Numbered from the stretch's first letter, positions 8,277 to 17,373 are shown. The stretch: DNA of 39,463 nucleotides from a virus (IMGVR_UViG_2568526086_000005:1-39463); one strand, 5' to 3'. Numbers and translations: made by a program. Notes: a model not told the origin generated them from the letters alone.

Positions 8277-8311
8277 GCTTAAATTTAAGACTTCTTAATT
8301 TATTGGTCAAG
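8277..8311 (-). promoter_or_regulatory. pL promoter with overlapping OL operator
   Basis: Minus strand: -35 TTGACC (8305-8310), 16-nt spacer, -10 TTAAAT (8283-8288). Perfect palindrome TTAAGA-CT-TCTTAA at 8285-8298 overlaps the -10. Confidence 0.5.
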
Positions 8312-8375
8312 TGCATTTTTGAAGAAAACTTAATTTTATGGGCGTGAATTTAGTTTGTCTTTGATTTTTAACGGG

Positions 8376-8402
8376 AAATAAAAAAGGGGCGAAAGCCCCT
8401 TA
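8376..8402 (-). terminator. Rho-independent terminator downstream of cI
   Basis: Minus strand: AAGGGGC-TTTC-GCCCCTT hairpin followed by TTTTTTATTT. Overlaps the cI stop codon. Confidence 0.5.
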
Positions 8403-9050
8403 AGGAAGGTTTGCTAGCTTGGCATCAACGACAACGCCAATGATTTTACAGTTCCCATTGATTTCAATCATTGGGTATTGTGGATTGAGTGGTTTCAGGA
8501 ATTTTCTACCGGCATCAATAACTAACTTTTTGAATGTCGCCTCGTTTTCCCCTTCAAGTTTGGCGACTACCAGCTTTCCATTACGTGGTTCGACTTCTGG
8601 GTCGACGAGAATAATCATCCCCTCAGGAATACTCAGTCCTGCCGGGGCAGTCATTGAATCGCCTTTAACGTCGAGCCAAAAAGAGTCTTCAGAACAATCT
8701 ACCGTTGTGTCGTACCAGTTATCTATTGCACGCCTATGATATGGCTCTACAGCTTCCATCCAACATCCTGCGCTTACCCAACTAATTAGAGGATACGAAC
8801 CTCTTGGATCATGCCTGCTGTGATAGGCAATGTTTGAAAGACTATCCTCTCCTTTCAACAGGTAATCAGGGGAGCACTGCAAAGCCTTGGCTAAGGCCAA
8901 TAGGTTTTCGCCATTGGGCTCAGTTTCAGATCGCTCCCATTGGGAAATAGCAACATTAGACACGCCAACCATCTTGCCAAGGGCAGCCTGCCTAATCTTG
9001 AGTTCTTTTCTGCGAGCGCGAATACGCTCACCCATCAGTTGTGTATTCAT
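8400..9050 (-). CDS. cI: CI-type prophage repressor (N-terminal HTH, C-terminal LexA/S24-like autocleavage domain)
   Basis: 216 aa. HTH segment QAALGKMVGVSNVAISQWERSE, then an S24-like domain (..GDSM.. and a C-terminal lysine region). Divergent from cro across an operator region. Confidence 0.85.
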   Translation of the reverse strand: MNTQLMGERIRARRKELKIRQAALGKMVGVSNVAISQWERSETEPNGENLLALAKALQCSPDYLLKGEDSLSNIAYHSRHDPRGSYPLISWVSAGCWMEAVEPYHRRAIDNWYDTTVDCSEDSFWLDVKGDSMTAPAGLSIPEGMIILVDPEVEPRNGKLVVAKLEGENEATFKKLVIDAGRKFLKPLNPQYPMIEINGNCKIIGVVVDAKLANLP

Positions 9051-9130
9051 AGTTAAGACATCTTAAATAAACTTGACTTAAGATTCCTTTGGTGGATAAT
9101 TTAAGTGTTCTTTAACTTCGGAGCGAGTCT
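9051..9130. promoter_or_regulatory. OR operator region with pR (plus) and the presumptive pRM (minus)
   Basis: Perfect palindrome TTAAGA-CA-TCTTAA (9053-9066) and degenerate copy TTAAGT-GT-TCTTTA (9101-9114). pR -35 TTGACT (9073-9078) and -10 GATAAT (9095-9100). cI ATG abuts the region at 9050. Confidence 0.55.
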
Positions 9131-9316
9131 ATGTACAAAAAAGATGTTATTGACCACTTCGGAACCCAGCGTGCTGTTGCTAAAGCACTAGGCATTAGCG
9201 ATGCAGCAGTCTCTCAGTGGAAAGAAGTTATCCCAGAGAAAGACGCCTATCGATTGGAAATCGTTACAGCTGGCGCCCTGAAGTATCAAGAAAGTGCTTA
9301 CCGCCAAGCGGCATAA
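9131..9316 (+). CDS. cro: Cro-like repressor
   Basis: 61 aa, HTH-like QRAVAKALGISDAAVSQW. First gene of the pR operon, divergent from cI. RBS GGAG. Confidence 0.75.
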   Translation: MYKKDVIDHFGTQRAVAKALGISDAAVSQWKEVIPEKDAYRLEIVTAGALKYQESAYRQAA

Positions 9317-9322
9317 GCAAAT

Positions 9323-9363
9323 TGCTCTTTAACAGTTCTGGCCTTTCACCTCTAACCGGGTGA
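9323..9363 (+). promoter_or_regulatory. nutR: boxA (9323-9334, TGCTCTTTAACA) and boxB hairpin (9346-9363, TCACC-TCTAACCG-GGTGA)
   Basis: Same boxA sequence as nutL. The boxB loop shares CUAACC with the nutL boxB. Lies between cro and cII. Confidence 0.7.
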
Positions 9364-9431
9364 GCAAACATCAGCGGCAAATCCATTGGGTGTGCCGCTA
9401 TAACTCAATATCAATATAGGAAAATTAACAA

Positions 9432-9728
9432 ATGGCACAAGCAAGCTACAGCAAGCCAACACAGCGAGAAATTGATCGCGCTGAAACTGATTTACTCATC
9501 AACCTGTCAACGCTTACCCAGCGCGGTCTGGCAAAGATGATTGGCTGTCATGAATCGAAGATAAGCAGAACGGACTGGAGATTTATTGCTTCGGTCTTGT
9601 GTGCTTTCGGAATGGCATCAGACATCAGTCCGATTAGCAGGGCTTTTAAGTATGCGCTTGATGAAATCACAAAGAAAAAATCCCCGGCCGCCACCGAGGA
9701 TTTTAAGCAAATTGATATGCAATTCTGA
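9432..9728 (+). CDS. cII: CII-like transcriptional activator
   Basis: 98 aa. The C-terminus ..KKKSPAATEDFKQIDMQF resembles lambda CII ..KKRPAATERSEQIQMEF. HTH segment in the middle. Confidence 0.8.
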   Translation: MAQASYSKPTQREIDRAETDLLINLSTLTQRGLAKMIGCHESKISRTDWRFIASVLCAFGMASDISPISRAFKYALDEITKKKSPAATEDFKQIDMQF

Positions 9729-9760
9729 GGTAATTACTGGATCAATCCACAGGAGTCATT

Positions 9761-10606
9761 ATGACAAATACAGCAAAAATACTCAACTTCGGCAGAGGTA
9801 ACTTTGCCGAACAGGAGCTAAGAGTGGCTGATATCGATGATGGTTACACCAGATTCGCTAACGAGCTGCTGGAAGCTATCGCAAGTGCCGATTTAACCGC
9901 TCGCCAGTTGAAAGTTATGCTGGCCTACGTCCGGAAAACATATGGCTTCAATAAGAAAACAGATCGAATAGCCGATGAGCAAATTGCTCAGTTAACAGGA
10001 CTATCAAGGCAGAATGTTAACAAGGCTAAAAAAGAACTGATTTCAATGAATTGCCTGTTTATGGATGGAAATCAAATCGGTGTAAACAGGGAGGTATCTG
10101 CGTGGCAATTCAGCAAGTGTCTCCAAGTTAGCAACTTTGTCTCGAAGTTAGAGACAAAAAATGTCTCCAAATTAGAGACACTAAATGTCTCGAAGTTAGA
10201 GACACACAAAAGACATTCTTTAAAGACAAAAGAAAATATTAATAAACCCCCTATATCCCCCAAAAAAATTTCTCAGAAGTTCGACCCGCTAGAAACAGAG
10301 TTGCCTGATTGGTTATCGGCAGAAACATGGTTGTCGTGGGTTACCTATCGCAAGGAGATAGGTAAGTCGATCAAGTCTAAGCAAAGTGTCACTCAGGCTA
10401 TCAACGTTCTAAGCAGAAGTCTGGAGAAGGGATATACACCTGAAGAAATTATAAACCAGAGCATCGCCAGTGGTTGGCAGGGGATTTTTGAACCCAAGAC
10501 TCCAAAGGGGAAATCTCAACCGAGGCCGCAGCAGCGAGCTATGCAGGAAAACTTTGCCGCCAAAGATTACGGGCAAACTGAAATGCCTTCATGGGCGCAG
10601 GAGTGA
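9761..10606 (+). CDS. O: Replication initiator O (lambda-type, iteron-binding)
   Basis: 281 aa. The iterons lie inside the coding region, as in lambda O. RBS AGGAG. Confidence 0.85.
   Translation: MTNTAKILNFGRGNFAEQELRVADIDDGYTRFANELLEAIASADLTARQLKVMLAYVRKTYGFNKKTDRIADEQIAQLTGLSRQNVNKAKKELISMNCLFMDGNQIGVNREVSAWQFSKCLQVSNFVSKLETKNVSKLETLNVSKLETHKRHSLKTKENINKPPISPKKISQKFDPLETELPDWLSAETWLSWVTYRKEIGKSIKSKQSVTQAINVLSRSLEKGYTPEEIINQSIASGWQGIFEPKTPKGKSQPRPQQRAMQENFAAKDYGQTEMPSWAQE
10118..10204. repeat. Origin iterons: four copies of roughly 19 bp TGTCTC-N7-GAGACA at about 24-bp spacing, followed by an AT-rich stretch (to about 10270)
   Basis: Copies at 10118 (degenerate), 10138, 10162 and 10186. 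TGTCTCGAAGTTAGAGACA appears twice exactly. The AT-rich stretch aaagacattctttaaagacaaaagaaaatattaataaa follows. Confidence 0.75.
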
Positions 10607-10608
10607 AC

Positions 10609-11454
10609 ATGACGCTGGATGAAAAGATCTCCCAACTGGAGAAAAAACTTGCAGAATTGAGTTCTCCGCCAATTGCTATCGAGCATACAGCTGTAGAAAT
10701 TGGCACTGGCATCTGTGAAAAACATGGTGAGTTTGAGCAGCGTAACCGTTACTCGACTGGGCCAATTAAGTTTGCCTCAAGACCTAGCGAATGCCCGGAA
10801 TGCATGAGAGATGAGCTTATTCGGCTACAGGCGGAGAAGATTAAAATCGACGATGAATCACGTAAGCGCAATGTCGAGTTTCTGTTGAATAATCTTGATA
10901 TTCCTGAACGATTCAAGGGTTGCACACTACAGAATTACGAGCCAGTCAACGACGATGCAAAGAGAGTGCTCAGGGTGTGTCAGGCATACGCCAGCAAATG
11001 GCCTGAGAGGTTACAGAAAGGCGGTGGGCTGGTTATGTGTGGAAAGCCTGGTACTGGAAAGAATCATCTTGCACTGGCTATCGCCCGGCACGCAATTACG
11101 GAACATCAAAGCTCAGCTATTTTCACAACGGCGCTGAAAATTGCCAGAGAATATAAATCAACATGGTCGAAAAACTCCACCCGCACAGAGGATGAAGTGA
11201 TCCGACAGTTCACTAAACCTGACCTGCTAATTATCGATGAGGTTGGTGTGCAGTTTGGAAGCGAGGCGGAAAAGATGATCATGTTCGAAATCATCAACAC
11301 CCGCTACGAGCGCATGAAGCCAACAATCCTGATTAGCAACCAGAGCAAAGATGAACTGTCTGCATTCATTGGTGAGCGTGTTATTGACAGGATGAATGAT
11401 GGCGGCGGATGCACCCTTGCGTTTACATGGGATAGTTACAGGAGCAGATCGTGA
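10609..11454 (+). CDS. DnaC-like helicase loader (IstB-like AAA+ ATPase)
   Basis: Walker A CGKPGTGKNHLA and Walker B LLIIDEVG. ATG at 10609 overlaps the O stop. Occupies the lambda P position. Confidence 0.8.
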   Translation: MTLDEKISQLEKKLAELSSPPIAIEHTAVEIGTGICEKHGEFEQRNRYSTGPIKFASRPSECPECMRDELIRLQAEKIKIDDESRKRNVEFLLNNLDIPERFKGCTLQNYEPVNDDAKRVLRVCQAYASKWPERLQKGGGLVMCGKPGTGKNHLALAIARHAITEHQSSAIFTTALKIAREYKSTWSKNSTRTEDEVIRQFTKPDLLIIDEVGVQFGSEAEKMIMFEIINTRYERMKPTILISNQSKDELSAFIGERVIDRMNDGGGCTLAFTWDSYRSRS

Positions 11455-11741
11455 CTGGAAAAGAAATCATCCTGGAATATCTGAAAACTCATGAACAATT
11501 CTCCCCACATGAATTAGCACTGATCACCGGAATACCAAATAACAGAATCGCTCAAGCAGCAAGGCATATGGTGAAACAAGGGCATTTGAGTGTTGTTGAG
11601 CGTAAGTGGAAGACGGTTATTTATGCAAAACGCAAAGTGAAGAAGGAGCCAATTAAAAGAAATCCAGATGGTACGGGGTGGGGATGTGCAAATCCAATGA
11701 CGGCGTTTATTAATAGGGCGCTTATGGAGGTAAGGCAATGA
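11451..11741 (+). CDS. ren: Ren-like protein
   Basis: 96 aa with a GTG start overlapping the upstream stop (GGAG RBS). N-terminus MTGKEIILEYLKTH..F resembles lambda Ren (MTGKE...) and the gene has the same length and position. Confidence 0.5.
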   Translation: MTGKEIILEYLKTHEQFSPHELALITGIPNNRIAQAARHMVKQGHLSVVERKWKTVIYAKRKVKKEPIKRNPDGTGWGCANPMTAFINRALMEVRQ

Positions 11742-11766
11742 CCATCTACATCACTGAGCTAATAAC

Positions 11767-11797
11767 AGGGGCTATTTACACAGTAGCCCTTTTTTAT
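11767..11797 (+). terminator. Candidate tR2-like intrinsic terminator
   Basis: GGGCTA-(9 nt loop)-TAGCCC followed by TTTTTTATT. Confidence 0.4.
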
Positions 11798-11822
11798 TGG
11801 ATTAAGAACGAGGGGGATCCTG

Positions 11823-12035
11823 ATGGACACCGTTAACGGAATGTGTTCAGACGCACCGCGTGCCAAAAAATGTAAATGCGGAAAATCACCGACAATATTC
11901 GACATGGAGAACGGGTGCCAAATCTACTGCGCTAACCACGCCGCTGTGGCGGCCGCGAATTATCGCAGTGCGGTAACGGAGTGGAATAACCTGAAATCTG
12001 TTAGAGAGGGAAGTCATGAAAAAACTAACCTTTGA
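11823..12035 (+). CDS. Hypothetical small Cys-rich protein
   Basis: 70 aa, ATG preceded by GAGGGGG. CKCG...C..YC spacing suggests a metal-binding ribbon. Confidence 0.4.
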   Translation: MDTVNGMCSDAPRAKKCKCGKSPTIFDMENGCQIYCANHAAVAAANYRSAVTEWNNLKSVREGSHEKTNL

Positions 12036-12456
12036 AATTCGATCTCCAGCACATCAGCAAAACGCTATTCACGCAGTACAGCAAATCCTTCCAGACCCAA
12101 CCAAACCAATCGTAGTAACCATTCAGGAACGCAACCGCAGCTTAGACCAAAACAGGAAGCTATGGGCCTGCTTAGGTGACGTCTCTCGTCAGGTTGAATG
12201 GCATGGTCGCTGGCTGGATGCAGAAAGCTGGAAGTGTGTGTTTACCGCAGCATTAAAGCAGCAGGATGTTGTTCCTAACCTTGCCGGGAATGGCTTTGTG
12301 GTAATAGGCCAGTCAACCAGCAGGATGCGTGTAAGCGAATTTGCGGAGCTATTAGAGCTTATACAGGCATTCGGTACAGAGCGTGGCGTTAAGTGGTCAG
12401 ACGAAGCGAGACTGGCTCTGGAGTGGAAAGCGAGATGGGGAGATCGGGCTGCATGA
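12016..12456 (+). CDS. ninB: NinB recombination protein
   Basis: 146 aa. The sequence (MKKLTFEIRSPAHQQNAIHAVQQILPDPTKP...) is near-identical to lambda NinB as I remember it. Confidence 0.85.
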   Translation: MKKLTFEIRSPAHQQNAIHAVQQILPDPTKPIVVTIQERNRSLDQNRKLWACLGDVSRQVEWHGRWLDAESWKCVFTAALKQQDVVPNLAGNGFVVIGQSTSRMRVSEFAELLELIQAFGTERGVKWSDEARLALEWKARWGDRAA

Positions 12457-12980
12457 CTATCAAATCAAATACGCCAGCACACGACAAGGACTGCTGGCAA
12501 ACGCCGCTTTGGCTTTTTGATGCGCTGGATATTGAGTTTGGATTCTGGCTGGATTCGGCAGCGAGCGACAAAAATGCTCTGTGCGCTCACTGGCTAACTG
12601 AGGCCGACGACGCGCTAAATTCTGAGTGGATAAGCCACGGTGCAATCTGGAATAACCCACCGTACAGCAATATCAGGCCGTGGGTGGAAAAAGCCGCTGA
12701 GCAGTGCATACAACAGCGACAGACGGTAGTGATGCTTGTGCCAGAGGATATGTCTGTCGGATGGTTCAGCAAGGCTCTGGAGAGTGTTGACGAAGTTCGC
12801 ATTATCACTGATGGACGGATTAATTTTATCGAACCATCGACAGGGCTGGAGAAGAAGGGAAACAGTAAAGGCTCCATGCTGCTGATTTGGCGACCGTTCA
12901 TCAGTCCTCGACGGATGTTTACTACCGTATCCAAAGCGGCATTGATGGCGATCGGGCAGGGCGTCAGGAGGGCGGCATGA
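12453..12980 (+). CDS. Phage DNA N6-adenine methyltransferase (Dam-like)
   Basis: NPPY catalytic motif (..IWNNPPYSN..). ATG at 12453 overlaps the ninB stop. Occupies the lambda ninC position. Confidence 0.8.
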   Translation: MTIKSNTPAHDKDCWQTPLWLFDALDIEFGFWLDSAASDKNALCAHWLTEADDALNSEWISHGAIWNNPPYSNIRPWVEKAAEQCIQQRQTVVMLVPEDMSVGWFSKALESVDEVRIITDGRINFIEPSTGLEKKGNSKGSMLLIWRPFISPRRMFTTVSKAALMAIGQGVRRAA

Positions 12981-13153
12981 GGCGACAGCGACGAAGTATC
13001 ACCGACATAATCTGCGAAAACTGCAAATACCTTCCAACGAAACGCTCCAGAAATAAACGCAAGCCAATCCCAAAAGAATCTGACGTAAAAACCTTCAACT
13101 ACACGGCTCACCTGTGGGATATCCGGTGGCTAAGACATCGTGCGAGGAAATGA
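12977..13153 (+). CDS. Small nin-region protein (NinD/NinE-like)
   Basis: 58 aa from the ATG overlapping the Dam stop. [23 protein letters not shown]... resembles a small lambda nin protein; I cannot tell from memory whether that is NinD or NinE. Confidence 0.55.
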   Translation: MRRQRRSITDIICENCKYLPTKRSRNKRKPIPKESDVKTFNYTAHLWDIRWLRHRARK

Positions 13154-13557
13154 CAATGCTTTTAATTCAACCAGGATTTGGCCTTAGCATCAAAAAAGGG
13201 CACATGTTTGGCGAGAAAGAATCTCAACGAAAAATGGTGTCGATACAGTTGCCATTTATCAGTATTTATTGGCTAAACAGGGAGGCAACAAATTATTGGT
13301 ATACATGCGCCAGAGCAGCATTTAACGACCCTGACTGGTTTGTGAAAAACCACCACGCAGTTCGTCAGGCAAAGAGAAAGGCCAATACGACATACATGAA
13401 GGCGTATCGAAAAGCATGGAAAGAACACCGCGATCGATACCAGCAAGATATGGAAAAGCTTGAATCAGAAAACATGGAATTAAGACGAAAGCTTGGTGAA
13501 GCAAAACGAGACATTGATGCTTACAAGCGACTTTTTAATGGTGAAAGCCATGCTTAG
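13150..13557 (+). CDS. Hypothetical nin-region protein with a C-terminal coiled-coil
   Basis: 135 aa from the ATG overlapping the upstream stop. C-terminal heptad-like [29 protein letters not shown]. Confidence 0.45.
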   Translation: MTMLLIQPGFGLSIKKGHMFGEKESQRKMVSIQLPFISIYWLNREATNYWYTCARAAFNDPDWFVKNHHAVRQAKRKANTTYMKAYRKAWKEHRDRYQQDMEKLESENMELRRKLGEAKRDIDAYKRLFNGESHA

Positions 13558-13726
13558 TCCATCCCAATCTCTTCAATACCAGAAAGAAAGCGTCGAGCGG
13601 GCTTTAACGTGCGCTAACTGCGGTCAGAAGCTGCATGTGCTGGAAGTTCACGTGTGTGAGCACTGCTGCGCAGAACTGATGAGCGATCCGAATAGCTCAA
13701 TGTACGAGGAAGAAGACGATGGCTAA
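13550..13726 (+). CDS. ninF: NinF-like protein
   Basis: 58 aa ([40 protein letters not shown]...) with a zinc-ribbon-like CxxC..CxxCC arrangement. Resembles lambda NinF. Confidence 0.65.
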   Translation: MLSPSQSLQYQKESVERALTCANCGQKLHVLEVHVCEHCCAELMSDPNSSMYEEEDDG

Positions 13727-14330
13727 ACCAGCGCGAAGACGATGTAAAAACGATGAATGTCGGGAATGGTTTCACCCTGCATTCGCTAATCAGTGGTGGT
13801 GCTCTCCAGAGTGTGGAACCAAGATAGCACTCGAACGACGAAGTAAAGAACGCGAAAAAGCGGAAAAAGCAGCAGAGAAGAAACTACGACGAGAGGATCA
13901 GAAACAGAAAGATAAACTTAAGATTCGAAAACTCGCCTTAAAGCCCCGCAGTTACTGGATTAAACAAGCCCAACAAGCCGTAAACGCCTTCATCAGAGAA
14001 AGAGACCGCGACTTACCATGTATCTCGTGCGGAACGCTCACGTCTGCTCAGTGGGATGCCGGGCATTACCGGACAACTGCTGCGGCACCTCAACTCCGAT
14101 TTGATGAACGCAATATTCACAAGCAATGCGTGGTGTGCAACCAGCACAAAAGCGGAAATCTCGTTCCGTATCGCGTCGAACTGATTAACCGCATCGGGCA
14201 GGAAGCAGTAGACGAAATCGAATCAAACCATAACCGCCATCGCTGGACTGTCGAAGAGTGCAAGGCGATCAAGGAAGAGTACCAACAGAAACTTAAAAAA
14301 CTGCGAAACAGCAGAAGTGAGGCTGCATGA
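13719..14330 (+). CDS. ninG: NinG (Rap) recombination endonuclease-like protein
   Basis: 203 aa, Cys-rich N-terminus, basic. Resembles lambda NinG/Rap in sequence and position. Confidence 0.8.
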   Translation: MAKPARRRCKNDECREWFHPAFANQWWCSPECGTKIALERRSKEREKAEKAAEKKLRREDQKQKDKLKIRKLALKPRSYWIKQAQQAVNAFIRERDRDLPCISCGTLTSAQWDAGHYRTTAAAPQLRFDERNIHKQCVVCNQHKSGNLVPYRVELINRIGQEAVDEIESNHNRHRWTVEECKAIKEEYQQKLKKLRNSRSEAA

Positions 14331-14992
14331 ATATCTACGAAAGAATTGATGGCAGCAAATACCGAAATATTTGGGTAGTTGGCGATCTGCACGGATGCTA
14401 CACGAACCTGATGAACAAACTGGATACGATTGGATTCGACAACAAAAAAGACCTGCTTATCTCGGTGGGCGATTTGGTTGATCGTGGTGCAGAGAACGTT
14501 GAATGCCTGGAATTAATCACATTCCCCTGGTTCAGAGCTGTACGTGGAAACCATGAGCAAATGATGATTGATGGCTTATCAGAGCGTGGAAACGTTAATC
14601 ACTGGCTGCTTAATGGCGGTGTCTGGTTCTTCAATCTCGATTACGACAAAGAGATTCTGGCTAAAGCTCTTGCCCATAAAGCAGAAGAACTTCCGTTAAT
14701 CATCGAACTGGTGAGCAAAGGTAAAAAATATGTCATTTGCCACGCCGATTATCCTTGTGATGAATACGAGTTAGGAAAGCCAGTTGATCATCAGCAGGTA
14801 ATCTGGAACCGCGAACGAATCGGCAACTCACAAAACGGGATCGTGAAAGAAATCAAAGGCGCGGACACGTTCATCTTTGGTCATACGCCAGCAGTGAAAC
14901 CACTCAAATTTGCCAACCAGATGTATATCGATACCGGCGCAGTGTTCTGCGGAAACCTCACATTGATTCAGGTACAGGGAGAAGGCGCATGA
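14327..14992 (+). CDS. ninI: Ser/Thr protein phosphatase (lambda PPase-like, calcineurin-like metallophosphoesterase)
   Basis: 221 aa. Metallophosphatase motifs GDLHG, GDLVDRG, GNHE. Confidence 0.8.
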   Translation: MNIYERIDGSKYRNIWVVGDLHGCYTNLMNKLDTIGFDNKKDLLISVGDLVDRGAENVECLELITFPWFRAVRGNHEQMMIDGLSERGNVNHWLLNGGVWFFNLDYDKEILAKALAHKAEELPLIIELVSKGKKYVICHADYPCDEYELGKPVDHQQVIWNRERIGNSQNGIVKEIKGADTFIFGHTPAVKPLKFANQMYIDTGAVFCGNLTLIQVQGEGA

Positions 14993-15612
14993 GACTCGAA
15001 AGCGTAGCTAAATTTCATTCGCCAAAAAGCCCGATGATGAGCGACTCACCACGGGCTACGGCTTCTGACTCTCTTTCCGGTACTGATGTGATGGCTGCTA
15101 TGGGGATGGCGCAATCACAAGCCGGATTCGGAATGGCTGCATTCTGCGGTAAGCATGAACTCAGCCAGAACGACAAACAAAAGGCTATCAACTATCTGAT
15201 GCAATTTGCACACAAGGTATCGGGGAAATACCGTGGTGTGGCAAAGCTTGAAGGAAATACTAAGGCAAAGGTACTGCAAGTGCTCGCAACATTCGCTTAT
15301 GCGGATTATTGCCGTAGTGCCGCGACGCCGGGCGCAAGATGCAGAGATTGCCACGGTACAGGCCGTGCGGTTGATATAGCCAAAACAGAGCAGTGGGGGA
15401 GAGTTGTTGAGAAAGAGTGCGGAAGATGCAAAGGAGTCGGCTATTCAAGAATGCCAGCAAGCGCCGCATATCGCGCTGTAACGATGCTAATCCCAAACCT
15501 TACTCAACCCACCTGGTCACGCACTGTTAAGCCGCTGTATGACGCTCTGGTGGTGCAATGCCACAAAGAAGAGTCAATCGCAGACAACATTTTGAATGCG
15601 GTCACACGTTAG
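14989..15612 (+). CDS. Q: Late-gene antiterminator Q (lambda type)
   Basis: 207 aa. [28 protein letters not shown]... is near-identical to lambda Q as I remember it. pR' lies just downstream. Confidence 0.85.
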   Translation: MRLESVAKFHSPKSPMMSDSPRATASDSLSGTDVMAAMGMAQSQAGFGMAAFCGKHELSQNDKQKAINYLMQFAHKVSGKYRGVAKLEGNTKAKVLQVLATFAYADYCRSAATPGARCRDCHGTGRAVDIAKTEQWGRVVEKECGRCKGVGYSRMPASAAYRAVTMLIPNLTQPTWSRTVKPLYDALVVQCHKEESIADNILNAVTR

Positions 15613-15654
15613 CAGCATGATTGCCACGGATGGCAACATATTAACGGCATGATA

Positions 15655-15683
15655 TTGACTTTTTGAATAAAGTTGGGTAAATT
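15655..15683 (+). promoter_or_regulatory. Late promoter pR' (-35 TTGACT, 17-nt spacer, -10 TAAATT), presumptive qut region
   Basis: The sequence ttgactttttgaataaagttgggtaaatttgactcaacgatgg closely resembles the lambda pR' region. Confidence 0.6.
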
Positions 15684-15719
15684 TGACTCAACGATGGATA
15701 AATGCACTCGTTAAATAAA

Positions 15720-15750
15720 GCCCTGAGTTAATAGCTCGGGGCTTTTTGCG
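15720..15750 (+). terminator. Intrinsic terminator about 30-60 nt downstream of the pR' start (tR'-like)
   Basis: GCCCTGAG-(7 nt loop)-CTCGGGGC (one G-U pair) followed by TTTTTGCGTTTT. Confidence 0.5.
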
Positions 15751-15974
15751 TTTTAATCACGACCTTTCTGAAAGCACATCAAACCAAATACCAGACAGAC
15801 AAAAATAATCACCTTATCCGCTGTGGCTACGGTGCGGTGTGCTTTGCATAAAAGAAAACCAGCGCAATGGCTGGCTTCGTGAAAGCGGGTGGCAAGAGGT
15901 TGCGCTAACAACCTCCTGCCGTTTTGCCCTTATTCCTAATTAAATAGAGCAAATCCCCTTATTGGGGCTAAGAC

Positions 15975-16298
15975 ATGAAGATGCCAGAAAAACATGACCT
16001 GTTAGCCGCCATTCTCGCGGCAAAGGAACAAGGCATCGGGGCAATCCTTGCGTTTGCAATGGCGTACCTTCGCGGCAGATATAATGGCGGTGCGTTTACA
16101 AAAACAGTAATCGACGCAACGATGTGCGCCATTATCGCCTGGTTCATTCGTGACCTTCTCGACTTCGCCGGACTAAGTAGCAATCTCGCTTATATAACGA
16201 GCGTGTTCATCGGCTACATCGGTACTGACTCGATTGGTTCGCTTATCAAACGCTTCGCTGCTAAAAAAGCCGGAATAGAAGATGGTGGAAATCAATAA
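15975..16298 (+). CDS. S: Holin S (class I, dual-start motif)
   Basis: [30 protein letters not shown]... matches lambda S. Met1-Lys2-Met3 dual start (second ATG at 15981). Confidence 0.9.
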   Translation: MKMPEKHDLLAAILAAKEQGIGAILAFAMAYLRGRYNGGAFTKTVIDATMCAIIAWFIRDLLDFAGLSSNLAYITSVFIGYIGTDSIGSLIKRFAAKKAGIEDGGNQ

Positions 16299-16758
16299 TC
16301 AACGTAAGGCGTTCCTCGATATGCTGGCGTGGTCGGAGGGAACTGATAACGGACGGCAGAAAACCAGAAATCATGGTTATGACGTCATTGTTGGCGGAGA
16401 GCTATTCACTGATTACTCCGATCACCCTCGCAAACTTGTCACGCTAAACCCCAAACTCAAATCAACAGCCGCCGGACGCTACCAGCTTCTTTCCCGTTGG
16501 TGGGATGCCTATCGTAAGCAGCTTGGCCTGAAAGACTTCTCTCCGAAAAGCCAGGACGCTGTGGCACTGCAACAGATTAAAGAGCGTGGCGCTTTACCGA
16601 TGATTGACCACGGTGATATTCGTCAGGCAATCGACCGTTGCAGCAATATCTGGGCTTCACTGCCGGGGGCTGGTTATGGTCAGTTCGAGCATAAGGCTGA
16701 CAGCCTGATTGCAAAATTCAAAGAAGCTGGCGGAACGGTCAGAGAGATTGAGGTATGA
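16282..16758 (+). CDS. R: Endolysin R (lambda-type lytic transglycosylase)
   Basis: 158 aa. [26 protein letters not shown]... matches lambda R. Confidence 0.9.
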   Translation: MVEINNQRKAFLDMLAWSEGTDNGRQKTRNHGYDVIVGGELFTDYSDHPRKLVTLNPKLKSTAAGRYQLLSRWWDAYRKQLGLKDFSPKSQDAVALQQIKERGALPMIDHGDIRQAIDRCSNIWASLPGAGYGQFEHKADSLIAKFKEAGGTVREIEV

Positions 16759-17222
16759 GCAGAGTAACCGCGATTATCTCAGCTCTGGTTATCTGCATCA
16801 TCGTTTGCCTGTCATGGGCTGTTAATCATTACCGTGATAACGCCATCGCCTACAAAGAGCAGCGCGATAACAAGGCCAGTGAACTGGAGAAGGTGAACGC
16901 CACCATTACTGACATGCAGCAGCGCCAGCGTGATGCTGATGCACTCGATGCTAAATACACAAAGGAGTTAGCGGATGCGAAAGCTGAAAATGATGCTCTT
17001 CGGCGCAAGCTTGATAATGGTGGTCGGGTGCTCGTCAAAGGAAAATGCCCTGTGCCAGCCTCAGCCAAAACCTCCAGCGCCTCCGGCATGGGCAATGATG
17101 CCACCGTCGAACTCTCTGCAGTTGCTGGACGAAACGTTCTCGGTATCCGGTCCGGAATCCTCAGCGACCAAACAGCCCTGAGAGCCCTGCAGGAATACAT
17201 CACCACGCAGTGCCTGAAATAA
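16755..17222 (+). CDS. Rz: Spanin inner-membrane subunit Rz
   Basis: 155 aa, N-terminal transmembrane helix ([16 protein letters not shown]), coiled-coil periplasmic domain. Matches lambda Rz. Confidence 0.85.
   Translation: MSRVTAIISALVICIIVCLSWAVNHYRDNAIAYKEQRDNKASELEKVNATITDMQQRQRDADALDAKYTKELADAKAENDALRRKLDNGGRVLVKGKCPVPASAKTSSASGMGNDATVELSAVAGRNVLGIRSGILSDQTALRALQEYITTQCLK
16975..17181 (+). CDS. Rz1: Spanin outer-membrane lipoprotein Rz1 (embedded in the +1 frame of Rz)
   Basis: ATG at 16975 preceded by AAAGGAG. Signal peptide with lipobox (..LIMVVGC) and a Pro-rich mature part ([11 protein letters not shown]). Confidence 0.7.
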   Translation: MRKLKMMLFGASLIMVVGCSSKENALCQPQPKPPAPPAWAMMPPSNSLQLLDETFSVSGPESSATKQP

Positions 17223-17223
17223 C

Positions 17224-17250
17224 AGCCTCGCAATAGCGGGGCTTTTTAAT
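17224..17250 (+). terminator. Candidate intrinsic terminator after the lysis cassette
   Basis: CCTCGC-AATA-GCGGGG (one G-U pair) followed by CTTTTTAAT. Confidence 0.4.
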
Positions 17251-17373
17251 GCGTATCGTACACGCAAACCATCGAGAGTCTTTCAGTCGTGAGCCTGAGG
17301 AACGCCGTTAAAGGTGGCGACCTCTCTCGGGCGGCGTTCCTGTACGACAGGCTCACACCTAAAGGAAAACAGC

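Noticed and set aside
8116-8399. Possible small ORFs or an sRNA in the N to cI intergenic region
   Set aside because: The region is accounted for by nutL, pL/OL and the cI terminator. No ORF with a credible start.
10118-10204. Regularly spaced repeats that could look like a CRISPR array
   Set aside because: Only four copies of about 19 bp at 24-bp spacing, inside the O gene and followed by an AT-rich stretch. This is an iteron origin, not repeat-spacer architecture.
12587-13111. Minus-strand 174-aa ORF opposite the methyltransferase and small nin genes
   Set aside because: Antisense to tightly coupled, well-supported nin-region genes.
16850-17267. Minus-strand ORFs 16850-17233 and 17061-17267 opposite Rz/Rz1
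   Set aside because: Rz and the embedded Rz1 account for this DNA. The antisense frames have no RBS.
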